This document shows, in pieces, positions 61,931 to 64,000 of a stretch of 64,000 bases of DNA. Under the pieces are notes generated by a model, which was not told the DNA's origin, ran no database searches, and saw only the letters and a list, made by a program, of their open reading frames with translations. How positions within the stretch are numbered: the stretch's first letter is position 1; each line of letters starts with the position of its first letter. The DNA lies in contig CATNEN010000007.1 of the NCBI GenBank assembly GCA_950097015.1, positions 6,882,001 to 6,946,000 on the forward strand, in the 5' to 3' direction. This stretch comes from Macrostomum hystrix (lineage: Eukaryota; Animalia; Platyhelminthes). The translations under genes were made by a program, and so were the position numbers.

Positions 61931-62579
61931 GTGAGTGTGAGTGTGCGTGTGCGTGTGTGAGTGTGTGTGTGTGAGTGTGTGTGGGTGTGTGAGTGTGTGA
62001 GTGTGCGTGTGCGTGTGTGAGTGTGAGTGTGTGTGAGTGTGTGTGAGTGTGTGTGAGTGTGCGTGTGCGTGTGTGAGTGTGCGTGTGTGAGTGTGAGTGT
62101 TTGTGAGTGTGTGAGTGTGTGTGAGTGTGTGAGTGTGTGAGTGTGTGAGTGTGTGTGAGTGTGTGTGAGTGTGTGAGTGTGTGAGTGTGTGAGTGTGTGA
62201 GTGTGTGAGTGTGTGAGTGTGTGAGTGTGTGAGTGTGTGTGTGAGTGTGTGTGAGTGTGTGAGTGTGTGTGAGTATGTGTGAGTGTGTGAGTGTGTGAGT
62301 GTGTGTGAGTGTGTGAGTGTGTGAGTGTGTGAGTGTGTGAGTGTGTGAGTGTGTGAGTGTGTGAGTGTGTGTGAGTGTGAATGTGTGTGTGTGTGTTTGT
62401 GAGTGTGTGTGTATGGGTGTGTGTGGGTGTGTGAGTGTGTGAGTGTGTGAGTGTGTGAGTGTGTGAGTGTGTGAGTGTGTGAGTGTGTGTGAGTGTGAAT
62501 GTGTGTGTGTGTTTGTGAGTGTGTGTGTATGGGTGTGTGTAGGTGTGTGCGCGTGTGAGTGTGAGTGAGTGTGTGAGTG
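61931..62579. repeat. Compound (GTGA/GT)n microsatellite
   Basis: Direct reading. Same family as 51385-53020 but in the opposite orientation. Confidence 0.96.
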
Positions 62580-63312
62580 GGCTGTATTGCTGATGTTAAC
62601 GGAATTCCTGTAAAAATGTCGGATCCAAGAGGCGAGCTCCATTTTGGGGGCACAGAAATCCCACGAAAATGATTGACCCATGGCATCAAAAAAGTAGGGG
62701 TGCGCGCAAACTACTGCAGTAAGTAGGCACAGAAAAAGTTCAGCTATGCAGAAAAAGTCACCCGCATAGAGACTAGCGGGTGGGTGCTGGTTAGTCGTCC
62801 ATTTAATTGTTCCTTCCTGGGGGATGGGGCACAAATGCAGCGCTGGTCGCCGCTACGTCAATCAGCCGAGGGTCCTGTATGGGCGTCTGTCCCGTATCCC
62901 ACTCAAAATCCCCTTGATAGGAAATTCTTCTAACAAAAAATGCAGAGAATTTTTAGCTAGGAAAAAATAAATAAATATAAAATTACAGCTGGATGAGAAG
63001 CTGGTGCAATCGGAGCTACTGAAGGCTCCAGCAGTAGTGCAGAGTGTATATTTCGGAATTTCATAATTTTTAAAATAAAAAGCTCGCATCTTCAGCTTAA
63101 ATATTCTGTAGGAAACTCTTGAAAAATATTGCTACATCTGGGCAAGTCAATGTCGCTACGGGCGCTCAAATCGCGAGGATAATAGGGAGAATAAAAACTG
63201 AAATTCTGGATTGAAATTACAGAAACCCTGAAATAAGATGGCGGGAAAATGCCACATCGTTAATAAAAAACTCTAGTCAGCGTCGTTGAGCTCAGTTCGG
63301 AGCCAGCGAACC

Positions 63313-64000
63313 TCAGACCTCCTGCCTTTCTGCCCCAGATCGCTTCTCGCCGCCGTCCTCGGCCCCGTCCTCCTGGAACTGGAAGTCCCGGCTCCACCAG
63401 CTGCTCCACCAGTTGAACTTCTTGATTGGATTAAAGTCCTTCTTGTCGCGCAGCAGGCCGTAGTTCAGGCACGGCTCGCCCTGCTTGATCACGAAGTAGT
63501 CGTTGAGGTACTGCGCGTACTGCAGCCGACGCGCCAGGTCCAGCTGAGTCTCCTCAGAGATCTGCGACCGCTCCGGGGCCAGCGACTGCGAGCGCTGCGT
63601 CTTGCGCCGCTGCGACGAGGAAGCGGCCGCGGCCGCGGCGGCTGCAGCTTCCGCACCCGGCTTAGCGGCATGCGCCATCTCGCGCGACGTGGCCGGCCGC
63701 TGCTTCAGGCTGACGCTGGGCCGCTTCAGGCCTACCGGGAAGTCCGGCGACACGTGGAGCACATTGGCGAACTCCGGGTTGGTCGCCAGAATCTTGGAGC
63801 GCAGGCGGCTCTCGTAGGATTTCATCATGGCGAACTGCGCCTCCAACGACATGGAGCTGGAGAAGCGCGGCCGGCTGGGCTGCGGCACCTCCTCCAGGTA
63901 ATTGTCCAGCTTCGGCGATGAAGGTCGAGCGGAGCTGGGGCCGCCGCTGCCGCCTCCTCCGCCGCTGCCACCTCCGGCGCGGCGCTGCCGCGGCAGCAGC
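63313..64000 (-). CDS. 3' terminal coding exon of an uncharacterised gene (continues beyond the window)
   Basis: The frame stays open to the window edge, with strong GC3 codon bias and protein-like segments 'SLEAQFAMMKSYESRL' and 'NPIKKFNWWSSWWSRDF'. Stop at 63313. Confidence 0.7.
   Translation of the reverse strand, partial: LLPRQRRAGGGSGGGGGSGGPSSARPSSPKLDNYLEEVPQPSRPRFSSSMSLEAQFAMMKSYESRLRSKILATNPEFANVLHVSPDFPVGLKRPSVSLKQRPATSREMAHAAKPGAEAAAAAAAAASSSQRRKTQRSQSLAPERSQISEETQLDLARRLQYAQYLNDYFVIKQGEPCLNYGLLRDKKDFNPIKKFNWWSSWWSRDFQFQEDGAEDGGEKRSGAERQEV

Overview
Eukaryotic (metazoan) genomic DNA with GC-rich exons, AT-richer introns and very dense minisatellites. The style is consistent with a free-living flatworm such as Macrostomum, but that is an inference. 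Reading frames joined by hand across splice sites give these genes: an orphan Cys/Ser/Gln-rich gene (+, 2099-4374); an EamA/SLC35G-like transporter with an intronless CDS (-); a ZU5-ZU5-UPA-death-domain DTHD1/PIDD-like gene (-); a complete polycystin-1-family gene with WSC, PKD, REJ, GPS, PLAT and channel regions (-, 15581-33181); a two-exon divergent tetraspanin-like gene (+); a 12-exon SGSM/RUTBC-type RUN+TBC gene (-, 40118-57903); and the 3' end of an unknown gene at the right edge. There are also about five copies of a tRNA-headed SINE and about 20 tandem arrays. The most striking pattern is that many intronic minisatellites are built from splice signals in the sense orientation of the host gene. 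Two arrays are tandem amplifications of the real exon/intron junction, one amplifies the acceptor, and others repeat AG|GTRAG sites resembling recursive-splice points. Other oddities are a TBC domain lacking its Gln finger, a GC-AG intron, a 29-nt intron, and a sharply bounded CpG-free, TpA-rich first kilobase. Most long ORFs over the repeats in the ORF track are artefacts.
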